In this document: positions 38,603 to 53,695 of the stretch, in pieces
Layout of the letters: every line of letters starts with the position of its first letter
Position numbering within the stretch: position 1 is the stretch's first letter
DNA from: Auanema rhodensis
Lineage: Eukaryota; Animalia; Nematoda
Direction of reading: 5' to 3'
DNA length: 64,000 nt
NCBI GenBank assembly: GCA_964057225.1
Contig: OZ059894.1
Coordinates: 19,716,001 to 19,780,000 of the forward strand
Made by a program: the position numbers and the translations under genes
Notes under the pieces: generated by a model
What the model was told of the DNA's origin: nothing
What the model saw: the letters and a program-made list of their open reading frames with translations, nothing else
Databases searched by the model: none

Positions 38603-41213
38603 AACTTATATCAGTTGATATCTCGGTGCATTTTTAAGCTAGCGCAAATCTGATAACACAGAACGACGCAGCTTAAAAATTCGCATCGAATGCACTATAC
38701 TACATTGAGAAACGCTTAATACAAAAATTAGTTATGATCGTTTGAAAAATGATGCATTAGTGTATGTTGAGTTTCCATGTACACTCAACATTGCTTCCAA
38801 AAACATTTTGACAAAAATTTTTTCGAAAAATTTCAAAATAATTTAGCAAAAAGTAGATGTTTTTAGATTCCATTCTTCAAGGCAAAGACGATGGACAATG
38901 TTATTCAACGAAAAAATTAATTCTTCAGGGTGAAAATCGAGGATATAAGTGTGAACTTATATCAGTTGATATCTCGGTGCATTTTTAAGCTAGCGCAAAT
39001 CTGATAACACAGAACGACGCAGCTTAAAAATCCGCATCGAATGCACTATACTACATTGAGAAACGCTTAATACAAAAATTAGTTATGATTGTTTGAAAAA
39101 TGATGCATTAGTGTATGTTGAGTTTCCATGTACACTCAACATTGCTTCCAAAAACATTTTGACAAAAATTTTTTCGAAAAATTTCAGAATAATTTAGCAA
39201 AAAGTAGATGTTTTTAGATTCCATTTTTCAAGGCTAAGACGATGGACAATGTTATTCAACGAAAAAATTAATTCTTCAGGGTGAAAATCGAGGATATAAG
39301 TGTGAACTTATATCAGTTGATATCTCGGTGCATTTTCAAGCTAGCGCAAATCTGATAACACAGATCGACGCAGCTTAAAAATCCGCATCGAATGCACTAT
39401 ACTACATTGAGAAACGCTTAATACAAAAATTAGTTATGATCGTTTGAAAAATGATGCGTTAGTGTATGTTGAGTTTCCATGTACACTCAACATTGCTTCC
39501 AAAAACCTTTTGACAAAAATTTTTTCGAAAAATTTCGAAATAATTTAGCAAAAAGTAGATGTTTTTAGATTCCATTTTTCATGGCAAAGACGATGGACAA
39601 TGTTATTCAACGAAAAAATTAATTCTTCAGGGTGAAAATCGAGGATATAAGTGTGAACTTATATCAGTTGATATCTCGGTGCATTTTTAAGCTAGCGCAA
39701 ATCTGATAACACAGATCGACGCAGCTTAAAAATCCGCATCGAATGCACTATACTACATTGAGAAACGCTTAATACAAAAATTAGTTATGATCGTTTGAAA
39801 AATGATGCATTAGTGTATGTTGAGTTTCCATGTACACTCAACATTGCTTCCAAAAACATTTTGACAAAAATTTTTTCGAAAAATTTCAAAATAATTTAGC
39901 AAAAAGTAGATGTTTTTAGATTCCTTTTTTCAAGGCAAAGACGATGGACAATGTTATTCAACGAAAAAATTAATTCTTCAGGGTGAAAATCGAGGATATA
40001 AGTGTGAACTTATATCAGTTGAGATCTCGGTGCATTTTTAAGCTAGCGCAAATCTGATAACACAGAACGACGCAGCTTAAAAAGTCGCATCGAATGCACT
40101 ATACTACATTGAGAAACGCTTAATACAAAAATTAGTTATGATCGTTTGAAAAATGATGCATTAGTGTATGTTGAGTTTCCATGTACACTCAACATTGCTT
40201 CCAAAAACATTTTGACAAAAATTTTTTCGAAAAATTTCAGAATAATTTAGCAAAAAGTAGATGTTTTTAGATTCCATTTTTCAAGGCAAAGACGATGGAC
40301 AATGTTATTCAACGAAAAAATTAATTCTTCAGGGTGAAAATCGAGGATATAAGTGTGAACTTATATCAGTTGAGATCTCGGTGCATTTTTAAGCTAGCGC
40401 AAATCTGATAACACAGAACGACGCAGCTTAAAAATCCGCATCGAATGCACTATACTACATTGAGAAACGCTTAATACAAAAATTAGTTATGATCGTTTGA
40501 AAAATGATGCATTAGTGTATGTTGAGTTTCCATGTACACTCAACATTGCTTCCAAAAACATTTTGACAAAAATTTTTTCGAAAAATTTCAGAATAATTTA
40601 GCAAAAAGTAGATGTTTTTAGATTCCATTTTTCAGGGCAAAGACGATGGACAATGTTATTCAACGAAAAAATTAATTCTTCAGGGTGAAAATCGAAGATA
40701 TAAGTGTGAACTTATATCAGTTGATATCTCGGTGCATTTTTAAGCTAGCGCAAATCTGATAACACAGAACGACGCAGCTTAAAAATCCGCATCGAATGCA
40801 CTATACTACATTGAGAAACGCTTAATACAAAAATTAGTTATGATCGTTTGAAAAATGATGCATTAGTGTATGTTGAGTTTCCATGTACACTCAACATTGC
40901 TTCCAAAAACATTTTGACAAAAATTTTTTCGAAAAATTTCAGAATAATTTAGCAAAAAGTAGATGTTTTTAGATTCCATTTTTCAAGGCAAAGACGATGG
41001 ACAATGTTATTCAACGAAAAAATTAATTCTTCAGGGTGAAAATCGAGGATATAAGTGTGAACTTATATCAGTTGATATCTCGGTGCATTTTCAAGCTAGC
41101 GCAAATCTGATAACACAGATCGACGCAGCTTAAAAATCCGCATCGAATGCACTATACTACATTGAGAAACGCTTAATACAAAAATTAGTTATGATCGTTT
41201 GAAAAATGATGCG

Positions 41214-44200
41214 TTAGTGTATGTTGAGTTTCCATGTACACTCAACATTGCTTCCAAAAACATTTTGACAAAAATTTTTTCGAAAAATTTCAAAATAATT
41301 TAGCGAAAAGTAGATGTTTTTAGATTTCTTTTTTCAAGGCAAAGACGATGGACAATGTTATTCAACGAAAAAATTATTTCTTCAGGGTGAAAATCGAGGA
41401 TATAAGTGTGAACTTGTATCAGTTGATATCTCGGTGCATTTTTAAGCTAGCGCAAATCTGATAACACAGATCGACGCAGCTTAAAAATCCGCATCGAATG
41501 CACTATACTACATTGAGAAACGCTTAATACAAAAATTAGTTATGATCGTTTGAAAAATGATGCGTTAGTGTATGTTGAGTTTCCATGTACACTCAACATT
41601 GCTTCCAAAAACATTTTGACAAAAATTTTTTCGAAAAATTTCGAAATAATTTAGCAAAAAGTAGATGTTTTTAGATTCCATTTTTCATGGCAAAGACGAT
41701 GGACAATGTTATTCAACGAAAAAATTAATTCTTCAGGGTGAAAATCGAGGATATAAGTGTGAACTTATATCAGTTGATATCTCGGTGCATTTTTAAGCTA
41801 GCGCAAATCTGATAACACAGATCGACGCAGCTTAAAAATCCGCATCGAATGCACTATACTACATTGAGAAACGCTTAATACAAAAATTAGTTATGATCGT
41901 TTGAAAAATGATGCATTAGTGTATGTTGAGTTTCCATGTACACTCAACATTGCTTCCAAAAACATTTTGACAAAAATTTTTTCGAAAAATTTCAGAATAA
42001 TTTAGCAAAAAGTAGATGTTTTTAGATTCCATTTTTCAAGGCAAAGACGATGAACAATGTTATTCAACAAAAAAATTAATTCTTCAGGGTGAAAATCGAG
42101 GATATAAGTGTGAACTTATATCAGTTGATATCTCGGTGCATTTTTAAGCTAGCGCAAATCTGATAACACAGAACGACGCAGCTTAAAAATTCGCATCGAA
42201 TGCACTATACTACATTGAGAAACGCTTAATACAAAAATTAGTTATGATCGTTTGAAAAATGATGCATTAGTGTATGTTGAGTTTCCATGTACACTCAACA
42301 TTGCTTCCAAAAACATTTTGACAAAAATTTTTTCGAAAAATTTCAGAATAATTTAGCAAAAAGTAGATGTTTTTAGATTCCATTTCTCAAGGCAAAGACG
42401 ATGGACAATGTTATTCAACGAAAAAATTAATTTTTCAGGGTGAAAATCGAGGATATAAGTGTGAACTTATATCAGTTGATATCTCGGTGCATTTTTAAGC
42501 TAGCGCAAATCTGATAACACAGATCGACGCAGCTTAAAAATCCGCATCGAATGCACTATACTACATTGAGAAACGCTTAATACAAAAATTAGTTATGATC
42601 GTTTGAAAAATGATGCATTAGTGTATGTTGAGTTTCCATGTACACTCAACATTGCTTCCAAAAACATTTTGACAAAAATTTTTTCGAAAAATTTCAAAAT
42701 AATTTAGCAAAAAGTAGATGTTTTTAGATTCCTTTTTTCAAGGCAAAGACGATGGACAATGTTATTCAACGAAAAAATTAATTCTTCAGGGTGAAAATCG
42801 AGGATATAAGTGTGAACTTATATCAGTTGAGATCTCGGTGCATTTTTAAGCTAGCGCAAATCTGATAACACAGAACGACGCAGCTTAAAAATTCGCATCG
42901 AATGCACTATACTACATTGAGAAACGCTTAATACAAAAATTAGTTATGATCGTTTGAAAAATGATGCATTAGTGTATGTTGAGTTTCCATGTACACTCAA
43001 CATTGCTTCCAAAAACATTTTGACAAAAATTTTTTCGAAAAATTTCAAAATAATTTAGCGAAAAGTAGATGTTTTTAGATTTCTTTTTTCAAGGCAAAGA
43101 CGATGGACAATGTTATTCAACGAAAAAATTATTTCTTCAGGGTGAAAATCGAGGATATAAGTGTGAACTTGTATCAGTTGATATCTCGGTGCATTTTTAA
43201 GCTAGCGCAAATCTGATAACACAGATCGACGCAGCTTAAAAATCCGCATCGAATGCACTATACTACATTGAGAAACGCTTAATACAAAAATTAGTTATGA
43301 TCGTTTGAAAAATGATGCGTTAGTGTATGTTGAGTTTCCATGTACACTCAACATTGCTTCCAAAAACATTTTGACAAAAATTTTTTCGAAAAATTTCGAA
43401 ATAATTTAGCAAAAAGTAGATGTTTTTAGATTCCATTTTTCATGGCAAAGACGATGGACAATGTTATTCAACGAAAAAATTAATTCTTCAGGGTGAAAAT
43501 CGAGGATATAAGTGTGAACTTATATCAGTTGATATCTCGGTGCATTTTTAAGCTAGCGCAAATCTGATAACACAGATCGACGCAGCTTAAAAATCCGCAT
43601 CGAATGCACTATACTACATTGAGAAACGCTTAATACAAAAATTAGTTATGATCGTTTGAAAAATGATGCATTAGTGTATGTTGAGTTTCCATGTACACTC
43701 AACATTGCTTCCAAAAACATTTTGACAAAAATTTTTTCGAAAAATTTCAGAATAATTTAGCAAAAAGTAGATGTTTTTAGATTCCATTTTTCAAGGCAAA
43801 GACGATGAACAATGTTATTCAACAAAAAAATTAATTCTTCAGGGTGAAAATCGAGGATATAAGTGTGAACTTATATCAGTTGATATCTCGGTGCATTTTT
43901 AAGCTAGCGCAAATCTGATAACACAGAACGACGCAGCTTAAAAATTCGCATCGAATGCACTATACTACATTGAGAAACGCTTAATACAAAAATTAGTTAT
44001 GATCGTTTGAAAAATGATGCATTAGTGTATGTTGAGTTTCCATGTACACTCAACATTGCTTCCAAAAACATTTTGACAAAAATTTTTTCGAAAAATTTCA
44101 GAATAATTTAGCAAAAAGTAGATGTTTTTAGATTCCATTTCTCAAGGCAAAGACGATGGACAATGTTATTCAACGAAAAAATTAATTTTTCAGGGTGAAA

Positions 44201-44778
44201 ATCGAGGATATAAGTGTGAACTTATATCAGTTGATATCTCGGTGCATTTTTAAGCTAGCGCAAATCTGATAACACAGATCGACGCAGCTTAAAAATCCGC
44301 ATCGAATGCACTATACTACATTGAGAAACGCTTAATACAAAAATTAGTTATGATCGTTTGAAAAATGATGCATTAGTGTATGTTGAGTTTCCATGTACAC
44401 TCAACATTGCTTCCAAAAACATTTTGACAAAAATTTTTTCGAAAAATTTCAAAATAATTTAGCAAAAAGTAGATGTTTTTAGATTCCTTTTTTCAAGGCA
44501 AAGACGATGGACAATGTTATTCAACGAAAAAATTAATTCTTCAGGGTGAAAATCGAGGATATAAGTGTGAACTTATATCAGTTGAGATCTCGGTGCATTT
44601 TTAAGCTAGCGCAAATCTGATAACACAGAACGACGCAGCTTAAAAATTCGCATCGAATGCACTATACTACATTGAGAAACGCTTAATACAAAAATTAGTT
44701 ATGATCGTTTGAAAAATGATGCATTAGTGTATGTTGAGTTTCCATGTACACTCAACATTGCTTCCAAAAACATTTTGA
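41214..44778. repeat. Tandem duplication of a 5-monomer block (1755 bp)
   Basis: Variants pair at +1755: GCGAAAAG 41305/43060, AACTTGTA 41416/43171, TGAACAAT 42053/43808, TTTCTCAA 42386/44141, AATTTTTCAG 42433/44188. Confidence 0.93.
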
Positions 44779-45622
44779 AAAAAATTTTTTCGAAAAATTT
44801 CGAAATAATTTAGCAAAGAGTAGATGTTTTTAGATTCCATTTTTCAAGGCAAAGACGATGGACAATGTTATTCAACGAAAAAATTAATTCTTCAGGGTGA
44901 AAATCGAGGATATAAGTGTGAACTTATATCAGTTGATATCTCGGTGCATTTTTAAGCTAGCGCAAATCTGATAACACAGATCGACGCAGCTTAAAAATCC
45001 GCATCGAATGCACTATACTACATTGAGAAACGCTTAATACAAAAATTAGTTATGATCGTTTGAAAAATGATGCATTAGTGTATGTTGAGTTTCCATGTAC
45101 ACTCAACATTGCTTCCAAAAACATTTTGACAAAAATTTTTTCGAAAAATTTCGAAATAATTTAGCAAAAAGTAGATGTTTTTAGATTCCATTTTTCAAGG
45201 CAAAGACGATGGACAATGTTATTCAACGAAAAAATTAATTCTTCAGGGTGAAAATCGAGGATATAAGTGTGAACTTATATCAGTTGATATCTCGGTGCAT
45301 TTTTAAGCTAGCGCAAATCTGATAACACAGAACGACGCAGCTTAAAAATCCGCATCGAATGCACTATACTACATTGAGAAACGCTTAATACAAAAATTAG
45401 TTATGATCGTTTGAAAAATGATGCATTAGTGTATGTTGAGTTTCCATGTACACTCAACATTGCTTCCAAAAACATTTTGACAAAAATTTTTTCGAAAAAT
45501 TTCAGAATAATTTAGCAAAAAGTAGATGTTTTTAGATTCCATTTTTCAAGGCAAAGACGATGGACAATGTTATTCAACGAAAAAATTAATTCTTCAGGGT
45601 GAAAATCGAGGATATAAGTGTG

Positions 45623-48600
45623 AACTTATATCAGTTGATATCTCGGTGCATTTTCAAGCTAGCGCAAATCTGATAACACAGATCGACGCAGCTTAAAAAT
45701 CCGCATCGAATGCACTATACTACATTGAGAAACGCTTAATACAAAAATTAGTTATGATCGTTTGAAAAATGATGCGTTAGTGTATGTTGAGTTTCCATGT
45801 ACACTCAACATTGCTTCCAAAAACATTTTGACAAAAATTTTTTCGAAAAATTTCGAAATAATTAAGCAAAAAGTAGATGTTTTTAGATTCCATTTTTCAA
45901 GGCAAAGACGATGGACAATGTTATTCAACGAAAAAATTAATTCTTCAGGGTGAAAATCGAGGATATAAGTGTGAACTTATATCAGTTGATATCTCGGTGC
46001 ATTTTTAAGCTAGCGCAAATCTGATAACACAGATCGACGCAGCTTAAAAATCCGCATCGAATGCACTATACTACATTGAGAAACGCTTAATACAAAAATT
46101 AGTTATGATCGTTTGAAAAATGATGCATTAGTGTATGTTGAGTTTCCATGTACACTCAACATTGCTTCCAAAAACATTTTGACAAAAATTTTTTCGAAAA
46201 ATTTCAAAATAATTTAGCAAAAAGTAGATGTTTTTAGATTCCTTTTTTCAAGGCAAAGACGATGGACAATGTTATTCAACGAAAAAATTAATTCTTCAGG
46301 GTGAAAATCGAGGATATAAGTGTGAACTTATATCAGTTGAGATCTCGGTGCATTTTTAAGCTAGCGCAAATCTGATAACACAGAACGACGCAGCTTAAAA
46401 ATTCGCATCGAATGCACTATACTACATTGAGAAACGCTTAATACAAAAATTAGTTATGATCGTTTGAAAAATGATGCATTAGTGTATGTTGAGTTTCCAT
46501 GTACACTCAACATTGCTTCCAAAAACATTTTGACAAAAATTTTTTCGAAAAATTTCAAAATAATTTAGCAAAAAGTAGATGTTTTTAGATTCCTTTTTTC
46601 AAGGCAAAGACGATGGACAATGTTATTCAACGAAAAAATTAATTCTTCAGGGTGAAAATCGAGGATATAAGTGTGAACTTATATCAGTTGATATCTCGGT
46701 GCATTTTTAAGCTAGCGCAAATCTGATAACACAGAACGACGCAGCTTAAAAATTCGCATCGAATGCACTATACTACATTGAGAAACGCTTAATACAAAAA
46801 TTAGTTATGATCGTTTGAAAAATGATGCATTAGTGTATGTTGAGTTTCCATGTACACTCAACATTGCTTCCAAAAACATTTTGACAAGAATTTTTTCGAA
46901 AAATTTCAAAATAATTTAGCAAAAAGTAGATGTTTTTAGATTCCTTTTTTCAAGGCAAAGACGATGGACAATGTTATTCAACGAAAAAATTAATTCTTCA
47001 GGGTGAAAATCGAGGATATAAGTGTGAACTTATATCAGTTGAGATCTCGGTGCATTTTTAAGCTAGCGCAAATCTGATAACACAGAACGACGCAGCTTAA
47101 AAATTCGCATCGAATGCACTATACTACATTGAGAAACGCTTAATACAAAAATTAGTTATGATCGTTTGAAAAATGATGCATTAGTGTATGTTGAGTTTCC
47201 ATGTACACTCAACATTGCTTCCAAAAACATTTTGACAAAAATTTTTTCGAAAAATTTCAAAATAATTTAGCAAAAAGTAGATGTTTTTAGATTCCTTTTT
47301 TCAAGGCAAAGACGATGGACAATGTTATTCAACGAAAAAATTAATTCTTCAGGGTGAAAATCGAGGATATAAGTGTGAACTTATATCAGTTGATATCTCG
47401 GTGCATTTTTAAGCTAGCGCAAATCTGATAACACAGAACGACGCAGCTTAAAAATTCGCATCGAATGCACTATACTACATTGAGAAACGCTTAATACAAA
47501 AATTAGTTATGATCGTTTGAAAAATGATGCATTAGTGTATGTTGAGTTTCCATGTACACTCAACATTGCTTCCAAAAACATTTTGACAAGAATTTTTTCG
47601 AAAAATTTCAGAATAATTTAGCAAAAAGTAGATGTTTTTAGATTCCATTTTTCAAGGCAAAGACGATGGACAATGTTATTCAACGAAAAAATTAATTCTT
47701 CAGGGTGAAAATCGAGGATATAAGTGTGAACTTATATCAGTTGAGATCTCGGTGCATTTTTAAGCTAGCGCAAATCTGATAACACAGAACGACGCAGCTT
47801 AAAAATCCGCATCGAATGCACTATACTACATTGAGAGACGCTTAATACAAAAATTAGTTATGATCGTTTGAAAAATGATGCATTAGTGTATGTTGAGTTT
47901 CCATGTACACTCAACATTGCTTCCAAAAACATTTTGACAAAAATTTTTTCGAAAAATTTCAGAATAATTTAGCAAAAAATAGATGTTTTTAGATTCCATT
48001 TTTCAAGGCAAAGACGATGGACAATGTTATTCAACGAAAAAATTAATTCTTCAGGGTGAAAATCGAGGATATAAGTGTGAACTTATATCAGTTGATATCT
48101 CGGTGCATTTTCAAGCTAGCGCAAATCTGATAACACAGATCGACGCAGCTTAAAAATCCGCATCGAATGCACTATACTACATTGAGAAACGCTTAATACA
48201 AAAATTAGTTATGATCGTTTGAAAAATGATGCGTTAGTGTATGTTGAGTTTCCATGTACACTCAACATTGCTTCCAAAAACATTTTGACAAAAATTTTTT
48301 CGAAAAATTTCGAAATAATTAAGCAAAAAGTAGATGTTTTTAGATTCCATTTTTCAAGGCAAAGACGATGGACAATGTTATTCAACGAAAAAATTAATTC
48401 TTCAGGGTGAAAATCGAGGATATAAGTGTGAACTTATATCAGTTGATATCTCGGTGCATTTTTAAGCTAGCGCAAATCTGATAACACAGATCGACGCAGC
48501 TTAAAAATCCGCATCGAATGCACTATACTACATTGAGAAACGCTTAATACAAAAATTAGTTATGATCGTTTGAAAAATGATGCATTAGTGTATGTTGAGT

Positions 48601-51600
48601 TTCCATGTACACTCAACATTGCTTCCAAAAACATTTTGACAAAAATTTTTTCGAAAAATTTCAAAATAATTTAGCAAAAAGTAGATGTTTTTAGATTCCT
48701 TTTTTCAAGGCAAAGACGATGGACAATGTTATTCAACGAAAAAATTAATTCTTCAGGGTGAAAATCGAGGATATAAGTGTGAACTTATATCAGTTGAGAT
48801 CTCGGTGCATTTTTAAGCTAGCGCAAATCTGATAACACAGAACGACGCAGCTTAAAAATTCGCATCGAATGCACTATACTACATTGAGAAACGCTTAATA
48901 CAAAAATTAGTTATGATCGTTTGAAAAATGATGCATTAGTGTATGTTGAGTTTCCATGTACACTCAACATTGCTTCCAAAAACATTTTGACAAAAATTTT
49001 TTCGAAAAATTTCAAAATAATTTAGCAAAAAGTAGATGTTTTTAGATTCCTTTTTTCAAGGCAAAGACGATGGACAATGTTATTCAACGAAAAAATTAAT
49101 TCTTCAGGGTGAAAATCGAGGATATAAGTGTGAACTTATATCAGTTGATATCTCGGTGCATTTTTAAGCTAGCGCAAATCTGATAACACAGAACGACGCA
49201 GCTTAAAAATTCGCATCGAATGCACTATACTACATTGAGAAACGCTTAATACAAAAATTAGTTATGATCGTTTGAAAAATGATGCATTAGTGTATGTTGA
49301 GTTTCCATGTACACTCAACATTGCTTCCAAAAACATTTTGACAAGAATTTTTTCGAAAAATTTCAGAATAATTTAGCAAAAAGTAGATGTTTTTAGATTC
49401 CATTTTTCAAGGCAAAGACGATGGACAATGTTATTCAACGAAAAAATTAATTCTTCAGGGTGAAAATCGAGGATATAAGTGTGAACTTATATCAGTTGAG
49501 ATCTCGGTGCATTTTTAAGCTAGCGCAAATCTGATAACACAGAACGACGCAGCTTAAAAATCCGCATCGAATGCACTATACTACATTGAGAAACGCTTAA
49601 TACAAAAATTAGTTATGATCGTTTGAAAAATGATGCATTAGTGTATGTTGAGTTTCCATGTACACTCAACATTGCTTCCAAAAACATTTTGACAAAAATT
49701 TTTTCGAAAAATTTCAGAATAATTTAGCAAAAAGTAGATGTTTTTAGATTCCATTTTTCAAGGCAAAGACGATGGACAATGTTATTCAACGAAAAAATTA
49801 ATTCTTCAGGGTGAAAATCGAGGATATAAGTGTGAACTTATATCAGTTGAGATCTCGGTGCATTTTTAAGCTAGCGCAAATCTGATAACACAGAACGACG
49901 CAGCTTAAAAATCCGCATCGAATGCACTATACTACATTGAGAAACGCTTAATACAAAAATTAGTTATGATCGTTTGAAAAATGATGCATTAGTGTATGTT
50001 GAGTTTCCATGTACACTCAACATTGCTTCCAAAAACATTTTGACAAAAATTTTTTCGAAAAATTTCAGAATAATTTAGCAAAAAGTAGATGTTTTTAGAT
50101 TCCATTTTTCAAGGCAAAGACGATGGACAATGTTATTCAACGAAAAAATTAATTCTTCAGGGTGAAAATCGAGGATATAAGTGTGAACTTATATCAGTTG
50201 ATATCTCGGTGCATTTTTAAGCTAGCGCAAATCTGATAAGACAGATCAACGCAGCTTATAAATCCGCATCGAATGCACTATACTACATTGAGAAACGCTT
50301 AATACAAAAATTAGTTATGATCGTTTGAAAAATGATGCATTAGTGTATGTTGAGTTTTCATGTACACTCAACATTGCTTCCAAAAACATTTTGACAAAAA
50401 TTTTTTCGAGAAATTTCAAAATAATTTAGCAAAAAGTAGATGTTTTTAGATTCCATTTTTCAAGGCAAAGACGATGGACAATGTTATTCAACGAAAAAAT
50501 TAATTCTTCAGGGTGAAAATCGAGGATATAAGTGTGAACTTATATCAGTTGATATCTCGGTGCATTTTTAAGCTAGCGCAAATCTGATAACACAGAACGA
50601 CGCAGCTTAAAAATCCGCATCGAATGCACTATACTACATTGAGAAACGCTTAATACAAAAATTAGTTATGATCGTTTGAAAAATGATGCATTAGTGTATG
50701 TTGAGTTTCCATGTACACTCAACATTGCTTCCAAAAACATTTTGACAAAAATTTTTTCGAAAAATTTCAGAATAATTTAGCAAAAAGTAGATGTTTTTAG
50801 ATTCCATTTTTCAAGGCAAAGACGATGGACAATGTTATTCAACGAAAAAATTAATTCTTCAGGGTGAAAATCGAGGATATAAGTGTGAACTTATATCAGT
50901 TGATATCTCGGTGCATTTTCAAGCTAGCGCAAATCTGATAACACAGATCAACGCAGCTTAAAAATCCGCATCGAATGCACTATACTACATTGAGAAACGC
51001 TTAATACAAAAATTAGTTATGATCGTTTGAAAAATGATGCATTAGTGTATGTTGAGTTTTCATGTACACTCAACATTGCTTCCAAAAACATTTTGACAAA
51101 AATTTTTTCGAGAAATTTCAAAATAATTTAGCAAAAAGTAGATGTTTTTAGATTCCATTTTTCAAGGCAAAGACGATGGACAATGTTATTCAACGAAAAA
51201 ATTAATTCTTCAGGGTGAAAATCGAGGATATAAGTGTGAACTTATATCAGTTGATATCTCGGTGCATTTTTAAGCTAGCGCAAATCTGATAACACAGAAC
51301 GACGCAGCTTAAAAATCCGCATCGAATGCACTATACTACATTGAGAAACGCTTAATACAAAAATTAGTTATGATCGTTTGAAAAATGATGCATTAGTGTA
51401 TGTTGAGTTTCCATGTACACTCAACATTGCTTCCAAAAACATTTTGACAAAAATTTTTTCGAAAAATTTCAGAATAATTTAGCAAAAAGTAGATGTTTTT
51501 AGATTCCATTTTTCAAGGCAAAGACGATGGACAATGTTATTCAACGAAAAAATTAATTCTTCAGGGTGAAAATCGAGGATATAAGTGTGAACTTATATCA

Positions 51601-53695
51601 GTTGATATCTCGGTGCATTTTCAAGCTAGCGCAAATCTGATAACACAGATCGACGCAGCTTAAAAATCCGCATCGAATGCACTATACTACATTGAGAAAC
51701 GCTTAATACAAAAATTAGTTATGATCGTTTGAAAAATGATGCGTTAGTGTATGTTGAGTTTCCATGTACACTCAACATTGCTTCCAAAAACATTTTGACA
51801 AAAATTTTTTCGAAAAATTTCGAAATAATTAAGCAAAAAGTAGATGTTTTTAGATTCCATTTTTCAAGGCAAAGACGATGGACAATGTTATTCAACGAAA
51901 AAATTAATTCTTCAGGGTGAAAATCGAGGATATAAGTGTGAACTTATATCAGTTGATATCTCGGTGCATTTTTAAGCTAGCGCAAATCTGATAACACAGA
52001 TCGACGCAGCTTAAAAATCCGCATCGAATGCACTATACTACATTGAGAAACGTTTAATACAAAAATTAGTTATGATCGTTTGAAAAATGATGCATTAGTG
52101 TATGTTGAGTTTCCATGTACACTCAACATTGCTTCCAAAAACATTTTGACAAAAATTTTTTCGAAAAATTTCAAAATAATTTAGCAAAAAGTAGATGTTT
52201 TTAGATTCCTTTTTTCAAGGCAAAGACGATGGACAATGTTATTCAACGAAAAAATTAATTCTTCAGGGTGAAAATCGAGGATATAAGTGTTAACTTATAT
52301 CAGTTGAGATCTCGGTGCATTTTTAAGCTAGCGCAAATCTGATAACACAGAACGACGCAGCTTAAAAATTCGCATCGAATGCACTATACTACATTGAGAA
52401 ACGCTTAATACAAAAATTAGTTATGATCGTTTGAAAAATGATGCATTAGTGTATGTTGAGTTTCCATGTACACTCAACATTGCTTCCAAAAACATTTTGA
52501 CAAAAATTTTTTCGAAAAATTTCAAAATAATTTAGCAAAAAGTAGATGTTTTTAGATTCCTTTTTTCAAGGCAAAGACGATGGACAATGTTATTCAACGA
52601 AAAAATTAATTCTTCAGGGTGAAAATCGAGGATATAAGTGTGAACTTATATCAGTTGATATCTCGGTGCATTTTTAAGCTAGCGCAAATCTGATAACACA
52701 GAACGACGCAGCTTAAAAATTCGCATCGAATGCACTATACTACATTGAGAAACGCTTAATACAAAAATTAGTTATGATCGTTTGAAAAATGATGCATTAG
52801 TGTATGTTGAGTTTCCATGTACACTCAACATTGCTTCCAAAAACATTTTGACAAGAATTTTTTCGAAAAATTTCAGAATAATTTAGCAAAAAGTAGATGT
52901 TTTTAGATTCCATTTTTCAAGGCAAAGACGATGGACAATGTTATTCAACGAAAAAATTAATTCTTCAGGGTGAAAATCGAGGATATAAGTGTGAACTTAT
53001 ATCAGTTGAGATCTCGGTGCATTTTTAAGCTAGCGCAAATCTGATAACACAGAACGACGCAGCTTAAAAATCCGCATCGAATGCACTATACTACATTGAG
53101 AAACGCTTAATACAAAAATTAGTTATGATCGTTTGAAAAATGATGCATTAGTGTATGTTGAGTTTCCATGTACACTCAACATTGCTTCCAAAAACATTTT
53201 GACAAAAATTTTTTCGAAAAATTTCAGAATAATTTAGCAAAAAGTAGATGTTTTTAGATTCCATTTTTCAAGGCAAAGACGATGGACAATGTAATTCAAC
53301 GAAAAAATTAATTCTTCAGGGTGAAAATCGAGGATATAAGTGTGAACTTATATCAGTTGAGATCTCGGTGCATTTTTCAGCTAGCGCAAATCTGATAACA
53401 CAGAACGACGCAGCTTAAAAATCCGCATCGAATGCACTATACTACATTGAGAAACGCTTAATACAAAAATTAGTTATGATCGTTTGAAAAATGATGCATT
53501 AGTGTATGTTGAGTTTCCATGTACACTCAACATTGCTTCCAAAAACATTTTGACAAAAATTTTTTCGAAAAATTTCAGAATAATTTAGCAAAAAGTAGAT
53601 GTTTTTAGATTCCATTTTTCAAGGCAAAGACGATGGACAATGTTATTCAACGAAAAAATTAATTCTTCAGGGTGAAAATCGAGGATATAAGTGTG
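45623..53695. repeat. Three related higher-order units, each starting with an ATTAAGC monomer (45623, 48080, 51590; spacings 7 and 10 monomers)
   Basis: Same monomer order each time: T33C/A154G/T242A monomer, plain monomer, GAGATC monomer, ACAAGAA monomer, GAGATC monomer(s). Length differences come from internal monomer or dimer duplications. Confidence 0.85.

Noticed and set aside
45762-45953. 63-aa ORF, with identical copies at 48219-48410 and 51729-51920
   Set aside because: It starts at TTG and lies within one satellite monomer (pos 140-331). It is open only because T242A turns the consensus TAG into AAG in 3 of 182 copies. The K/F/N/I-rich composition reflects A/T tracts and I recognise no domain.
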